Shown piece after piece: positions 1 to 10,031 of a DNA stretch of 20,000 bases; position 1 is the first letter of the stretch, and each line of letters starts with the position of its first letter. A model generated the notes under the pieces. It saw only the letters and a list, made by a program, of their open reading frames with translations. It ran no database searches and was not told where the DNA came from. Source of the DNA: Trypethelium eluteriae (Eukaryota); the NCBI GenBank assembly GCA_051942245.1, contig JAVECL010000053.1:51505-71504 (forward strand), in the 5' to 3' direction. A program made the position numbers and the translations under genes.

Positions 1-49
1 GGAAGACAGGTGCGAGTGCATACAATTATCTTGAACAAGATGAATGGTT

Positions 50-841
50 CTATGTCAACCCTCGTTCCGCCTCCTGCACCTTCACAGCCAATGCGATGTC
101 ATCATGCGTAATTTGTCGGACAAACTCCTTATCTGCGTCATACAGCAGGACATGAAAATGCTCCACTGCATGAACAGACTTCAGTGACCTCCAGTTCTTG
201 AACCAGATGACCTGATTTCGCGGAACTCTCGAACGAAAAGTCCGTTCAACAAACTCATCAATCTCTCGTCGGGCTTTCGGAGTCAGGTCGTCTGTAGCCG
301 GATCATCCTCAAGATCAAACTTGGTCCAGACGACCAGATGCACGATTTTCTGCTCGAGACCATACGGCCAGTCGTTGTACAATATTTTGTAGTCGTCTGC
401 ACAGTCAGGATCACGATTCATAAGGAATGATCAACTTCCGACCAACCTGAATTTGTAAAGGGTTCTCCAGTACAAGCCATGTCATTCCATTTCAGTCGCT
501 CTTGCAATATGAAGTTCATTACCGAACCATATTCACGCTTGAGCTTCCAAGTGTATTCTTTGTACCTCCGCATATCGGTTGGTACACGTTCGAAGAGCTC
601 AAGGTGGTTGGTCTCTTAAGCAGTCAAAACAGCTACTTGACATGCCGAATCGAATCTGGAGTTAATGCTTACCGATGAATCGCTGGACTTCCGACCATGT
701 CTGGTAGTGATAGTCCTCGTCTTTTGTGCTCAGAATCCGCCGGTCTTTCGCATTAGCATCGGCAAGAAAATCTGGGCAATCTGCAAGACGTCTGTCCTCC
801 GGCACATTAACTTGCCAGTACGGTAAATTTACCTCCGACAT
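50..841 (-). CDS. DUF3605 family protein (Gig1/Htc1-like, HIT-related), 3 exons: 841-673, 614-447, 396-50 (~227 aa)
   Basis: Joined translation MSEVNLPYWQVNVP...WSEVQRFI-E-TNHLELFERVPTDMRRYKEY...YGSVMNFILQERLKW...PFTNS-D-DYKILYNDWPYG...VHLVVWTK...WFKNWRSLKSVHAVEHFHVL. Intron 672-615 is GTAAGC...TAAG and intron 446-397 is GTTGGT...CCTGAC...GCAG; both keep frame. NDWPYG, HLVVW and WFKN..LKSV..HFHV motifs recalled as typical of DUF3605. Confidence 0.85.
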
Positions 842-2437
842 GATGCATGGATGACCAATTAATGTGAGATCAAACACATTTGCTGCATCTGCTTAGTAGC
901 GAATCTAGGGGAGGAGGTATGGCCATGAGAGAAATTTTACGCGGGCGACTTGACTCCAAATATAATTCTGTACGGAGCTAACCGACGATAAACAGCAGTC
1001 TTTGTCCTGCTTTCACCACTAACCATGCAACCGCCACATGCAAGTACAGAACGGATGAAAGACTGCTTCCGTCGTATGAACAGGCCCCCGAACGTCAATA
1101 TATGACTTTTCACATCAGTTCCATTCTCTACTAGATTTTCTCCGTATCCGGAATCAGTGGCTTCAGTTTTCCGGGTAAGAATTAAGTGTGGGACTGGACA
1201 ACTCCGCTCGTCACCCTCGATTAAATCTCAACCGCTTTATGCGACTTCTACATGTATTTACACCGATTTTGCGCCTTCACGATATCTTCTATGTAGGTAA
1301 TTTGAACTGAGTTATTCTCGCTCCCGATATTTAGGATTATCTCCAAGGATTTTTAAAGTATTGCGGAGGTATGGGTGGTGAGGTGGCCCGTGTCAAACTC
1401 CGATGCTTGACTCTTACTCAGTCGATGCACTCTGAGAAAGCCCCGAGGCCTATCTCAATTGATCTCTCATCGGTGTGAGTAATCAGACCCACGTTGCTCG
1501 TCCTTGAGGAGTTTGGTAGACTTCAAAAGGGGGATGTGGAGTTGAGAGAGAGGAAGCCGAAAAACTCCTCCGACGTCACCCCCTGAATTTTCATCCCAGA
1601 TCCACCCGCAATCTCGGCAGCCACCAAAGTGACCAAACAAACTCCCCCAAGTCCAGCCACCCATGCATTCCCATCCCGAACCTAGAAACATCGAAGCATC
1701 GAAACATTCATCCCAGCGCGTGTTCCCTCTCATTCATTGGGTTACGCTCGTAGATCCCAGATCCACTTTCCGAGCCATTTCATTCGCAGACACTAAACAT
1801 AACTCTAATCACTCCAACGGTTAGACCGGCAAGCTTTCAAGTTTATCTGCCAGGGATAGTGCGTGATGAACCTCCAGGGTCTTCTCCAGGGCCTTGTGTG
1901 ATACTGGAGTCGACTGGTGCTGCAAAACAACGGTCGGGCCTGTTAGATTGCGGTGAGGATGCCGGTACTGTGCCCAACAGGGTAATGACCTGTAGATTGA
2001 GATGATGAAGTTACTCCTGGCCGGTACTCCGTAGGTCTGCTGATTACCCTAGGTATGTGATACTGCATCTGCTGCTCCTCACCTTTGACGCTCCTTGACG
2101 CTTTTGCTATCGTGAAGCTGGTGCTTTCGCTGTCTTTCTCCACACTCCTTTGATGCTCGTTCGACTCTGCACTCACTCGTTCGTGCATGAGCTGATCAGC
2201 TTCACGTCAATCGTTGCGTCACTCTGACCGGCTTTCATTCTTTAATCAGGAGACCTTGACCCTTCAAGACTCACATACGTTCAAAAACTACTTCTCGTAG
2301 AGCATCTTCCACGCTTCGTGTTAGTCATACCTATCAAATCCAACGACTCACTAAATTTCACGAATCTTAAACTGCTGCTCTGCGACAACTCTTGGGCCAA
2401 TCTCCCTGCTACATCAACCACTACAAACAAAACCTCG

Positions 2438-2770
2438 ATGGCCGTCCGTGACCCTGCTTTCTGGCACCGCTTCTCGGTCGCCGTCCACAAGGACGAAGAA
2501 TCTAAAGGTCCCGTCTACGCCACCACAACCTCGATCTCTTCGCCATCCTCGCCTCCCTTGAAACACCAGGACTCGTGGCTCGGGCGCCAAGAAGCCAAGA
2601 AGCGACGGCGCGCAATCATTTGCTGGGCCTTCTGGCTCGCGTTCGCGGGAGTTCTGGTGGGTGCCGTGTTTGTGGTGCTGTGGCTGAAAACGAGTGGGGT
2701 GTTGGATAGGCTGATGGATGAGGTCGATGCCATGGTGGAGCCGGGTAGTAGTGCCAGTGCCACTGCGAGT

Positions 2771-2801
<31 letters not shown>

Positions 2802-2866
2802 TGGGAGAAGGAGGAAATGGGAAGAGGGCGTTGGAGGGGATGAGGGTGTATACGTATTATGGATGA
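2438..2866 (+). CDS. Small single-pass membrane protein of unknown function (142 aa)
   Basis: First ATG at 2438 (the track starts at a GTG). N-terminal RDPAFWHRFSVAVHKDEE and DSWL..Q motifs resemble a conserved hypothetical ascomycete family (from memory). Basic KKRRR precedes one TM segment (IICWAFWLAFAGVLVGAVFVVLWL); S/T/P-rich tail. Confidence 0.7.
2771..2794 (+). repeat. (CCGACG)4 coding microsatellite encoding PTPTPTPT
   Basis: Four exact CCGACG units read directly, followed by CCGCCG. Confidence 0.9.
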
Positions 2867-3269
2867 AAGGAGGATGAGCAGAGTGGGGTAGGCGAATATT
2901 GGTACAAAGCACCTGGACCTTGGATTGATGAGGGACTGCGTTCGTTTAAAGACAATGGCTTGAAAAGTACTGACGTCTTGAGTCGTCCCTGCGGAGAGTA
3001 CTTTAGTCTGTTCTTTCATTAGATGCATATGATACCACGATCTTAGACTACATTAATGGCCTCAGAAAAAATAAAGCCATGTCTGTGTTGAGGATGTGAT
3101 ATGTTTTCTGAAAAGCAAATAAGCAAAGTAGAGCCCGTGACTGCAAGGAGTGCTCCAAGGTATCAAAACTCCTATCCGACGCCGCCATATGCAAGTTCTA
3201 GCATACACCTATGGCAGCAAGCAACTCGTGTCTGCCCGAATCCTCAATGTTTTTCCAGGTCAAGCCCTT

Positions 3270-3961
3270 CTAATAGCGCCTTTTCGACGGCTCCGGACTT
3301 GGACTCCTGCTCGCGCTCCTCTCATCTCTGCCTCTTTCCTTCAACCACTTCCTCGTACTCAGATCCAGCTCCCTATCTAACTCGGCACTTGGCTCCTTCC
3401 GATGTATGAAGTTGCAAAAGCCACCCCTCACACACCCCTCTCCAGAATTCAACCGACAGCAAGCTTCGCGGAAATCCGTCACGGGGCTCAGCTCGCAGTA
3501 GATCGGTCGTGCCGCGTACCAGCGACTGTTAAGTGCGTCGCATGCCTTCTGGGCGCTGTCCTCGTACTTGAAGCGCGCGTACACGTTGCCGATTAGGTGA
3601 TCATTGTTATTGTCACATACGACAACTTCCTCGAGCTCGCCGTACTTGCACATCTCGCACCAGAAGTCCTCGTAGAAGGCGTCGAAGTGATTCTGGATCT
3701 GTGAGTCATTCAACTTGTTCTTTGGGTCATAGGCAGGGTTGTGGTAGAGGTTCGGAAGCAGGATCGTCTGGCTGTAGGACGGTTTGACGTGTTTGCGCGA
3801 GCAGCGGTCGCCGTGGCGGCAGGCGCCGATCTTGTAGTAGAAGGAGCAGTTGACCTGAACGAAGGATATTAGTAAGGATTGACGAGAAAAGTTGGGTGGT
3901 ACATTGCGACACTGACCTTGTCTTGCTCTGTACCGAAGATGGAGGCAAGGTAGTTCGCCAT
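3270..3961 (-). CDS. U2AF1: Splicing factor U2AF small subunit (U2AF35/U2AF23), 2 exons: 3961-3917, 3854-3270 (209 aa)
   Basis: CACCATGG start context. MANYLASIFGTEQDK|VNCSFYYKIGACRHGDRCSRKH (CCCH finger 1), UHM (HLIGNVYARF), finger 2 CCRLNSGEGCVRGGFCNFIH, short RS-like tail. Intron 3916-3855 is GTCAGT...TACTAAT...TTCAG. Confidence 0.97.
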
Positions 3962-4503
3962 GGTGAATGGCTATGGAGAGAAATCAAGAGTCAAAGCTCT
4001 TCAAAGATGTCGATACCGCAGAAAATGATTATCTACAGCTGTTGAGGGGCGACGAGAGCAGTGAATTGCGGTAGTGGAGCTGGGATCGCGGGGTTGGTGG
4101 AAGTGATCTTCGCGTCGAAAATAAATGTCTTAGAATGAGAGGTGCTGGGAAATATCACTGCTGACAAACCCAGTGGCAAATCTCGCCAACATTTCGACCT
4201 TTCTAGAATGTCCCTCAAAGCTAGCCATTAAAACGACTCAACACATAATTCATACAGCAGGGCAATATTCACGTAAAACCTACGCAGAGTTGTGACTCTA
4301 ATATCGCTCCATCGTCGCAAGGTTGTCTTACTGGTGACGACACGTTCCACTCCACCTTTGCCCAGTGATGTCAATAGGTCGTAGCTTGCTTGAACCAAGT
4401 TGTCTGGATTTGAGATAATTACACCCAAGTCTCTATTTATGGACAAATATATTACAATTAAATTTTATGGTCGTTTTGCTCATGCCGTATCCTATTCACA
4501 TCA

Positions 4504-7500
4504 TCATGTCAGAACCAGTACCACCGAAACACTACCCAGTATCCACAGAATGCGATTCATCGTCAACAAACTCTCTGCTCCGGATTTGGCCTGTGCTGTA
4601 CTGCCTGGTGCACCACCTGGAATAGTGGAGCTTCCTGGACTTGCACTGGGCTGACCGAATCCCAAGCCACTTGCAATGTAGCTGCCAACACCTTTCGTAA
4701 ACGCCCCTGGATGCAATGTCTCTGTCTGTCCGTTGATAACAACCGCAGTTTCTCCAGGAGCTAAAGAAACTGTTGTACCTGATATGGTTGCTACTTGGCC
4801 TGGGTGAAGAGTCTGACCATTGGGAAGAATGATGCCCTGTCCGTTTGGTGCGTAGGAAATAGGCACTGTCTGAGACCCCAGCGTCATAGATTGTTCTGCT
4901 GCAGGAGCTGTGATAGGAATGGTAGAGATGCCGTCTACGATGAAGTTTTCCCCCGAAGCTAGGGAAATGGGAATACCATTGATGTTGGTTGATTGGCCTG
5001 CGGAGAGGATCTGGCCATTTGGGAGGATAATTCCAGCACCGTTTGAAGCGAACGACAGAGGAATAACTTGGCTGCCAACTGTGATGCTTTGAGATGCATC
5101 GGATCCCGAGCCTGAAGGGCCCGAAAGAGCAATGGAGGAGGAGCCGACTTGAAGGCCATTGTCCGATGGTGATAGGCTCAACGGAACGCCGTTGATTTCT
5201 GTGGAGGAGCCAGGAGCGAGAGTCTGACCATTTGGGAGAATGATGCCAGCAGAGCCAGGAGCGTATGATATGGGTAATGCAGATCCGCCAACATTAACAG
5301 TCTGCTGTACAGGCGAAGAGCCGATGGGAACCGTAGTGCTTCCAACCACGAGAGCAGAACCACCAGACGCAAGTGATACAGGGACACCATTGATTGTTTG
5401 TGGGGCAGCGCCCGGCTGGATTGTCTCACCATTTCCAAGAACGATGCCAGAGCCTGATGGCACTTTGCTGTATGAAATAGTCTGACCACCAACAGTGACA
5501 GTCCCAGTAGAAGCGGCGCCTGTAGGAGCTGGCACAGCGAGCGGGACTGTGCTGCCGCCTACTACAATAGCAGACCCAGAAGGAGCTAAAGAGACCGACT
5601 GCCCGTTGTACGTCGCGACAGAGCCTGGACTCAAAGTTGCGCCATTAGGAAGAATAACACCGGAGCCAGAGGGCGCATAAGAAATAGGCACTGCTTGTCC
5701 CCCAATGTTCACAAGTGGAGGAGTGGACGATCCCAGGTCGGACCCTCCAATAGGAACGGCAGAGGCACCTGAGCCACTTCCCACAATTACAGCGCTCGGT
5801 AGCGCCCCGCCTTGAGCAGTGGGAATGGAGATTGGAACGCCTCTGTAAGTTGCACCCTGTCCAGGGGCGATAGTCTGCGAGTTTGGAAGGACAATGCCAC
5901 CCGAGGGCCCAACTACAGCCGGAATAGTCGAGCCTCCCCCAGCTGGCAGATTGACCGTAGCCCCCGGTACAATGCCATTCGAACCACCATCTTGGACTCC
6001 TCCTACTCCAGGACCAATCCCTAGGTTTGACGAACCCGATCCAGAGGAACCAGAAGAGCCAGAGCCTCCGCCAGAGCCTCCGCCAGAACCTCCTATGCCT
6101 GCTCCACTTCCTGTGTTAGAAGAGCCAGGAGAGCCCGATCCTCCATTGCCAGTTCCAGATCCTGCGCCTGACCCAGACCCAGAGCTGCCCGGCCCACTGC
6201 CAGAATTTCCACTTCCACTTCCAGAATTTCCCGAAGCCGGCGCAGCGGAGCCTTGAGGTGGCGAGGCACCTTGTGTAGCCGCACCTCCGATGGCTGACAC
6301 AATACTTCCAATACCTCCCAAACCCAGGCCATTGGATCCTCCATTGTTGTTGGAGCCGCCGCTGCCTGAGCCTGAGCTTGAACCCGCATTGCCCTTATTT
6401 CCACTTGAACTGCCAGTATTGCCAGAGCCTGATTGGCCACCATTACTAGACCCAGAACCAGAGGAGCCTGAGCCTGATCCTGAACCCGAGACTGAGCCCG
6501 AGCCCGAGCCCGAATCCGAGTTACCTGATCCCGAACTTCCTACTCCCGAACTTCCTGATCCTGAGCCCCCACTATTCCCAGACCCCGAGCCCGAGCCCGA
6601 GCCTGACCCCGAGGAGCCTGAGCCTGAGCTACCTGAGCCTGAAGACCCAGAGCCTGAAGAGCCTGAAGAGCCTGAACCGGATGACCCCGAGCCTGAGCCC
6701 CCAGAATTCCCAGATCCTGAGCCGCTTGAACCACTTCCTCCAGACCCAGAGCTCCCACCAGCCCCGTTCCCGTTCCCAGTTGTAGGTCCACTACCCGAAT
6801 TACCACCACTTGAGCCACCGCCGTTGGAGCCAGGATTTCCAGGAGCAGGACTATTAGCAGGAGGGGCGGGGTTCCCTGGTGTTGGAGCGTTCACTGGTTG
6901 CGGAGAAGGCGCAGGGGTTGGCTGGTTTACTGGTGATGGCATAGGTGCGGGGGATTGAGGTGGCGGGTTAGGCACTGGCTGGGGCGTCGGCAAACGTCCG
7001 GAGCCGGGTGCGTTACCAGCGACGGTAATAGTTGAGCTCTGGGTGTTGGTGAGTTCGTTGACGGGGATGTGCACGGTGGGTTGGCCTTCGAAGCCGCCGG
7101 GGAAGCAGTTGCTCATATATGGCCATTTCTGGGTGATGGATGGCACGGAGGCCATCCAGCTGATCAGATCTGCTGGAACCTGTAGAGCGATTAGCTACAG
7201 TTTTTGAGAAGCTTCTCTATAGGACTGGAGTGAATGGCAACTTTACCGCATTAAAATTATCACCTGTCCACTCGCTGACATTCACGTCCATTAATGGATA
7301 CTCCGGATTCAGATCGAATGTAAAGGCGGCTGAATTGATACCGTATTGAACCGGGACATTTGGGTTGTTCGGGGAGCTAAGTGTCGCATATGCCTCAACC
7401 GTGGTCGTTCCATGATCTGTGGTGAATCCCGACTCTGTTTCGATACTTTCTGTTTGGCAGACCCAGGGACCACCTGAGCTGGGTTGAAATGGAGCGCCGG

Positions 7501-8297
7501 TCAAAATACCGACATAGCCAAATCCCATGAAAGGAGTTGGAGAAGTACTAATTCCTGTCAGTGAGTGTGATCAGTGGCTTCCAGGAGTAGACCGACATTG
7601 TTAAGGTACTATCAATGACGACCTCCGTAGCCTTCAAGACTGAGGTTCCTCCATATATATTACCGCCGAAATCCAACCCACTCGGAACTCCAGGAAGCGA
7701 ATATCCATCAAAGTGGAAGGTATAGAGGCCACTTGTTGCAGCATGGTTGTAGATCGTCGACACGTTGCCACGTAGAACGGTATTATTATATTGAATATAG
7801 CTGAACGACATCAGCCGGAGAATTCGTTAGGCAAATGGACAAGTCTGCCGAAAACTTACTTTGTGATGACTGTTGCGACAGTGAGTTCATATGTAGAGTT
7901 CCACCAGCTAAATGAGATATAAGCGGTGGATACTTCAAGATACGGTTGGCTTTTATTCCGGATCTTTTCAGACTTACTAATTTAGAGCCACGCCATCTGC
8001 AGCAACAGCACAGCATGTAGCCGAGGGCGTAATCAATGGACTCGTTGCATTTTGAAGCCCCGACGGACTTATCGAAGCACTCGTAGTCGTAATGTTTGAG
8101 GCAGCAAGGGCTGTGCGAAGAGATGTTAGGAATCATGAACAGACCAGACAAACTAGCGTCTCTAAAGAAAAATATATGGTTTCGAAACGTGATTCATTTG
8201 TGAACCCCAATTTCTGCTTACATTGACGGCGAAAGACAACATTTGCGCTGGAGGTTGTAACGAGTAGTGCAAGCGAGAGAAGCTCGTACGGCAGCAT
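4504..8297 (-). CDS. Large secreted, probably GPI-anchored cell-surface protein (1145 aa), 6 exons: 8297-8222, 8110-7978, 7907-7860, 7800-7597, 7547-7247, 7179-4504
   Basis: Signal-peptide-like start MLPYELLSLALLVTTSSA-NVVFRRQ. Five GT-AG introns (8221-8111, 7977-7908, 7859-7801, 7596-7548, 7246-7180) join the track ORFs into one 3438-nt open frame. Architecture: non-repetitive N-domain, Pro-rich stretch, Gly/Ser linker, six repeats, then AKSGAES followed by a hydrophobic C-terminal tail (ILWILGSVSVVLVLT*). Confidence 0.85.
4714..5964 (-). repeat. Six tandem ~60-70 aa degenerate protein repeats
   Basis: Consensus V.vGgQ.vPISYAPsG.GIILPNGQTL.PG...tiNGvPvSLapg...vvvG..T.pi, visible six times in the translation; the first copy is the most diverged. 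Confidence 0.9.
6025..6835 (-). repeat. Low-complexity Gly/Ser(/Asn) coding tract (GSGSSGSGS...)
   Basis: Imperfect GAGCCT/GAGCCC/GAACC units on the + strand translate on the - strand to ~270 aa dominated by G and S. Boundaries approximate. Confidence 0.9.
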
Positions 8298-10031
8298 CTT
8301 GCAATCTGAGGAGAGAGGGTAAGGAAAACGAGTGAGGAAGCCTCTTCACAGATATGAAACAGCAGCGAGGCCTAATAGCGTCGTCTGACTGCAAAATACT
8401 CAACGTTCTCCAGTAGGCGAGTGGCCATATGGCCATGCTGATCTACCGTGGACGGATTTTGGTCCAATCCGTTCTAGGCTCGTTCTTAGCGGGACGTGTA
8501 GCAATTTCCACTAGGCTAGTAGCCAGTGAATACTGTATACACTTATTGTGCACAGCCCAAAGGCCCGCACGGGCAGTAATCCTCCAATGCTACACAGCGC
8601 GGCGAGCTTAATCGCTCGCTCGACAATCCTTCCATGTAAAGTCCGCTGTAGTACTGCCAATGGGCACTTCATCCAGGCTAGCGTACCCGAACCAACAGCG
8701 ACTACCAAGGACTTCGCAAATCAGGCTCCATCTTCTGTGTGCAAGGCACTCGATTAGCCAGTGGTGTGACGTCCAGAAAATCAGCTGAAGTAGATCCTAC
8801 CACTATAGGTTGACAACAAGGCGGGGCGGGGTGCAGCAGTCTCCCCGTCGGCCTGGGCAGCGCAGCATCTCAAATGCAACACCAAACCTTTTCATATTCA
8901 GCGCTCAGCATGTCGGCGAAGATCTCGGACATAGAGCTGAATGCGAGATCAGCTGCATCTCGACTCAGCATCAGAATCGGAGGGTTGAAGGCTTGAGTAC
9001 CTTCTGGATACAGTGGTCCTCTCTTTCGTGACTCTCAACATCAGGTACCTCAACTTCGACCTCGGGATTAGATGCTCCGTACATGATTCAAGTTCAGAAT
9101 TTTTCGCCAAGCGCTTACTGCTGGACATACGACGAACCATCCTTGAAAGGGAGATTGTCCGAAAGATGAGATGAGAAGAGGATAAGAACGGGAGATGGCG
9201 GATCAGCACATGGGCTCTGGTGACTAATCCGTTTTCAGCATACGCCAGCGCAGTCCTTGCCACCCCTGCAGTACCTATTTTTCGCAGATTACAGATCCAG
9301 ACACCCAGCGGTGCAGATTTGAGCTGCCACCCGGCGGTCTCGCTCTTCGCATCTTCCTGCCTTTTGCGACACTGGCCTAACCTGCGCTGATTGTCAGTGC
9401 TGTCGAAACCGCGGCGCGTGCGATTCAAGACCATATGGACGGCGTGGCCGGTGTGGACCATGTCCCCATGTATTAGAGACTCTGCGTGAGCGTGGCCGGA
9501 GCCTCGTTAGAGTATAATATCGGGAGAATTTGGAGATCCAAATTTGGATACACCTGTGATAGGCCGAACGTCAGGGTCTTCTGGCTCTTGCAGATGCAGA
9601 TGCAACCATCGCATCCCGCCCTATTACTCACTAAACTCTAGTCCCAGGTACCGGTAGTACCACAGTACAACCAAGCACCGGTCAAGAGCGAAATGATGGT
9701 CCAGCACCTAAGATGCTAAGACCTAGATGCTGACCGGACACGAGCCTTGGCCTAGGTGGGTCGCGTTTTGCTTCGTGCTCAACTCTTCCACCATCATCGC
9801 TCTCTTTGCCATTTTCCAGATTCTTCCCAAAGCCTAGGTGTCAGCAGCCTTGCGTTACCGCCAGGCCAGCCACAGCACGTCATACCCTTCATGTCTTCTC
9901 TCTAACTCCAGTTTCTCAATTTTTCGTTCTGCGCAGAAGTGGGCAGTCAAGAGAGATCTGTTGTTGGAGGCCGCAACCCCGAATCTGGCCGTCTTCAAGA
10001 GCAAAGTGGAGCATTAAGCTATTGAGGTGGC

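Noticed and set aside
1863..2043. RTGATGA (1863, 2002) and CTGA (2040) suggesting a C/D box snoRNA
   Set aside because: No convincing terminal stem or recognisable rRNA guide, and the spacing is poor; a snoscan or Infernal search would be needed.
5894..6958. Pro/Glu-rich + strand ORFs (5894-6256, 6290-6958)
   Set aside because: Antisense shadows of the Gly/Ser tract; GGN/TCN codons read as Pro/Glu on the other strand.
7786..8151. Cys-rich 121-aa ORF (…CCLKH…CCCCRW…) resembling a small effector
   Set aside because: Alternative frame across exons 2-3 and introns of the surface-protein gene; non-ATG start in the track and no signal peptide.
8298..9700. Short ORFs in the divergent intergenic region, including 8949-9461 (170 aa)
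   Set aside because: No domain-like composition, splice pattern or codon bias; more likely promoter and UTR sequence.
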